A DNA stretch of 60,535 nt from a virus: IMG/VR virus record IMGVR_UViG_3300045988_170019, positions 1 through 60,535 of that record. One strand, given 5' to 3'. Below the pieces are notes generated by a model. It had not been told where the DNA came from and searched no databases. It saw nothing but the letters and a program-made list of their open reading frames with translations. Position 1 is the first letter of the stretch; the number at the start of each line of letters is the position of its first letter. The position numbers were made by a program, and so were the translations under genes. Positions 59,193-60,535 of this stretch are shown here, one piece after another.

Positions 59193-59708
59193 TTAACCGA
59201 TATCGTAAATGCCAGCAACGGCACCCATAGTAGGGATCTGCTCTATGCTATAATGGACATTATCTAGCTTCTCTCCGCTTTCGTCCGTTACATGAATCCG
59301 ACCACAGCCGTCTCCGTCGACCCATACAAGTAGATTTCTGCTTGCTCCAACGTTTCCAAGATACTCCATATGTCTAAGGAGCCTAAGTACAGTAGCAACA
59401 TCCTCTTCTCTGCCTCTAATAGTTATTGTTCGTTCAGTCATTAGATTCACCTCCGTATATGTCTTTTCAAAAATATCAGGCTTGCACGGATAGAATTCTC
59501 CTTTAATGCCACGGATGATCCAATCGCCTACAAGAGCATGATGATCACCTTCGAGTGTGTGAATGATGAGATCGGGTTTAATACCAGGGGTGCGAACGCG
59601 AATTATATCGCATTCTTTGCCGACAAACTCTTTAATTTCTTCATCATTATCACCAGTCCATTGAACTGTCTGGACTTGGACGGGCTTCTTGACAAACGTT
59701 TTAACCAT
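59193..59708 (-). CDS. two-domain protein: duplicated small-phage-protein domain plus C-terminal domain (171 aa)
   Basis: Start set after the terminator at 59751-59784. The N-domain is paralogous to 58644..58913. Confidence 0.5.
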   Translation of the reverse strand: MVKTFVKKPVQVQTVQWTGDNDEEIKEFVGKECDIIRVRTPGIKPDLIIHTLEGDHHALVGDWIIRGIKGEFYPCKPDIFEKTYTEVNLMTERTITIRGREEDVATVLRLLRHMEYLGNVGASRNLLVWVDGDGCGRIHVTDESGEKLDNVHYSIEQIPTMGAVAGIYDIG

Positions 59709-59750
59709 TCGACATACCTGCCTTATCGATTTTATTTTGTGTGTTGAAAC

Positions 59751-59784
59751 ATAAAAGAGAAAAGGCTCAGCATAACGCTGAGCC
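59751..59784 (-). terminator. intrinsic terminator
   Basis: Minus strand: GGCTCAGCG-TTAT-GCTGAGCC then TTTTCTCTTTTATG. Confidence 0.65.
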
Positions 59785-59791
59785 CCCTCTC

Positions 59792-59980
59792 TCAATAAGT
59801 ATAATATTTAAATCTTTTATTTTGTTTAAACGCTATTTTTGCTCGGATAGCCTGGATTAATCCATCAGCATAAAATTCTAGTCGATATTTTTTATTATCT
59901 TCTAGAAAATCAATGCCTTCTCCTATTTTCTTCCAGTCTCTTCCGTACTTAATCGTTTTAACAATATATTGTCTTGCCAT
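59792..59980 (-). CDS. hypothetical protein (62 aa)
   Basis: Start moved to the ATG after AAAGGAGGAATATATTT (MARQYIV...). The 5' extension in the track ORF contains the promoter motif. Confidence 0.5.
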   Translation of the reverse strand: MARQYIVKTIKYGRDWKKIGEGIDFLEDNKKYRLEFYADGLIQAIRAKIAFKQNKRFKYYTY

Positions 59981-60001
59981 AAATATATTCCTCCTTTCTT
60001 C

Positions 60002-60025
60002 GTTAAAGGGATTGATTTTTACGCG
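60002..60025 (-). promoter_or_regulatory. Promoter-motif copy (CGCG-N14-TAWAAT)
   Basis: Minus strand: CGCGTAAAAATCAATCCCTTTAAC then GAAG. Confidence 0.45.
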
Positions 60026-60160
60026 TTTTCGCATACAAATAAAAAATAGGACACCATTTCGGTTTTCACGGGCTTCGTTTCCTAAAACCAAGCTACATAT
60101 CAATAGTAGCCCTACTCCCCCGCTCGGAAGGCATGGTGGATAGTCTCTATAGGTTCATTT

Positions 60161-60202
60161 CAAAAAAAATTAAAAGCCCTAGTATATTTCAACCAGGGCT
60201 TT
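60161..60202 (-). terminator. intrinsic terminator
   Basis: Minus strand: AAAGCCCTGG-TTGAAATATA-CTAGGGCTTT then TAATTTTTTTTG. Confidence 0.65.
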
Positions 60203-60206
60203 AATC

Positions 60207-60389
60207 TCATTTAGTAATATCGTATCCTCTTCTAGCGTAAATATTAACAAGTTTCATTACATGCTTCTTATTAAATTCCTCTGCTTGTTCATCGCTTCTC
60301 AAACCTAAAGCGTGTAAAGCATTATGAATATCAATTAAATTCGCATAATAATGAGTTGCCATAATAAGTACCATCTTTTCGATTGACAT
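60207..60389 (-). CDS. hypothetical protein (60 aa); likely first early gene
   Basis: Start moved to the ATG after AAAGGAGTGATTATC (MSIEKMV...). Promoter motif 17 nt upstream of the SD. Confidence 0.5.
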   Translation of the reverse strand: MSIEKMVLIMATHYYANLIDIHNALHALGLRSDEQAEEFNKKHVMKLVNIYARRGYDITK

Positions 60390-60405
60390 GATAATCACTC
60401 CTTTC

Positions 60406-60429
60406 ATTATAGGCACTGCATTTTTCGCG
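60406..60429 (-). promoter_or_regulatory. Promoter-motif copy (CGCG-N14-TAWAAT)
   Basis: Minus strand: CGCGAAAAATGCAGTGCCTATAAT then GAAAGGAG. Confidence 0.55.
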
Positions 60430-60480
60430 AATATATATTTTTGAAATGTTTCCCCACTAGTCATGCTTGAAATATAAAAA

Positions 60481-60535
60481 AAAAGAAATAGAATAAGTTT
60501 TCGTCCGTAGCCAGAGCTGTGCCCAACGCTTCACA
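60481..60535. repeat. Terminal overlap copy 2 (identical to 1-55)
   Basis: Exact 55-nt identity with the start of the window. Confidence 0.95.

Larger units (their letters stand above)
1..60480. mobile_element. Complete circular tailed-phage genome (temperate, siphovirus-like); all genes on minus strand
   Basis: Exact 55-nt overlap between both window ends. Full complement present: terminase, portal, capsid, tail, tape measure, holin, integrase and replication genes. AGGAGG-type SD sequences throughout. Confidence 0.85.

Noticed and set aside
60040-60140. Possible tRNA or small structured RNA between genes 59792..59980 and 60207..60389
   Set aside because: No T-loop (GGTTCGAATCC-like) or cloverleaf arrangement could be found by eye here or anywhere else in the window. 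The segment is explained by a terminator plus a promoter motif.

Overview
The window is one complete, circularly closed tailed-phage genome. Bases 1-55 are repeated exactly at 60481-60535, so the unique length is about 60,480 bp. It looks like a temperate siphovirus of a Firmicutes-type host: strong AGGAGG-type ribosome-binding sites, a tyrosine integrase, and a very long tape-measure protein. I call about 95 genes, all on the minus strand. No tRNA, rRNA or CRISPR array is visible.

Modules in transcription order (descending coordinates):
- 60.4-55.2 kb: early small genes, MazG, an XRE-type HTH regulator, and PD-(D/E)XK and VRR-NUC nucleases.
- 55.2-52.4 kb: a 934-aa protein with an ADFDGD double-psi-beta-barrel RNA-polymerase signature plus three HTH-like segments.
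- 52.0-28.3 kb: packaging, head and tail genes. These are terS, HNH, terL, a GC-rich fibre-like island, portal, a protease-capsid fusion, major tail protein, chaperones, M23 peptidase, a 2107-aa tape measure, Dit, Tal and a BppU-like fibre.
- 28.3-24.6 kb: an uncharacterised late cassette ending in a holin, with no recognisable endolysin.
- 24.0-23.0 kb: integrase.
- 22.6-12.6 kb: about 25 small membrane, secreted or unknown genes, many with their own promoter and terminator.
- 12-0.2 kb: replication and nucleotide genes. These include a 1319-aa SF3-helicase/AEP-primase/PolB fusion, an SSB-like protein, an HsdM-like protein with a degenerate catalytic motif, an SF2 helicase and a ThyX-like protein.

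The most interesting signal is an apparently phage-specific transcription apparatus:
- the RNA-polymerase-like gene;
- 17 copies of a rigidly spaced promoter-like motif (CGCGAAAWWW, exactly 14 nt between CGCG and a TAWAAT hexamer), found only in the early and middle regions;
- a family of near-identical GAAA-loop terminator hairpins;
- a separate 12-14 nt motif (AAAATCAAAATGG) at eight late-gene junctions.

All functional calls come from reading motifs by eye. No database search was run.
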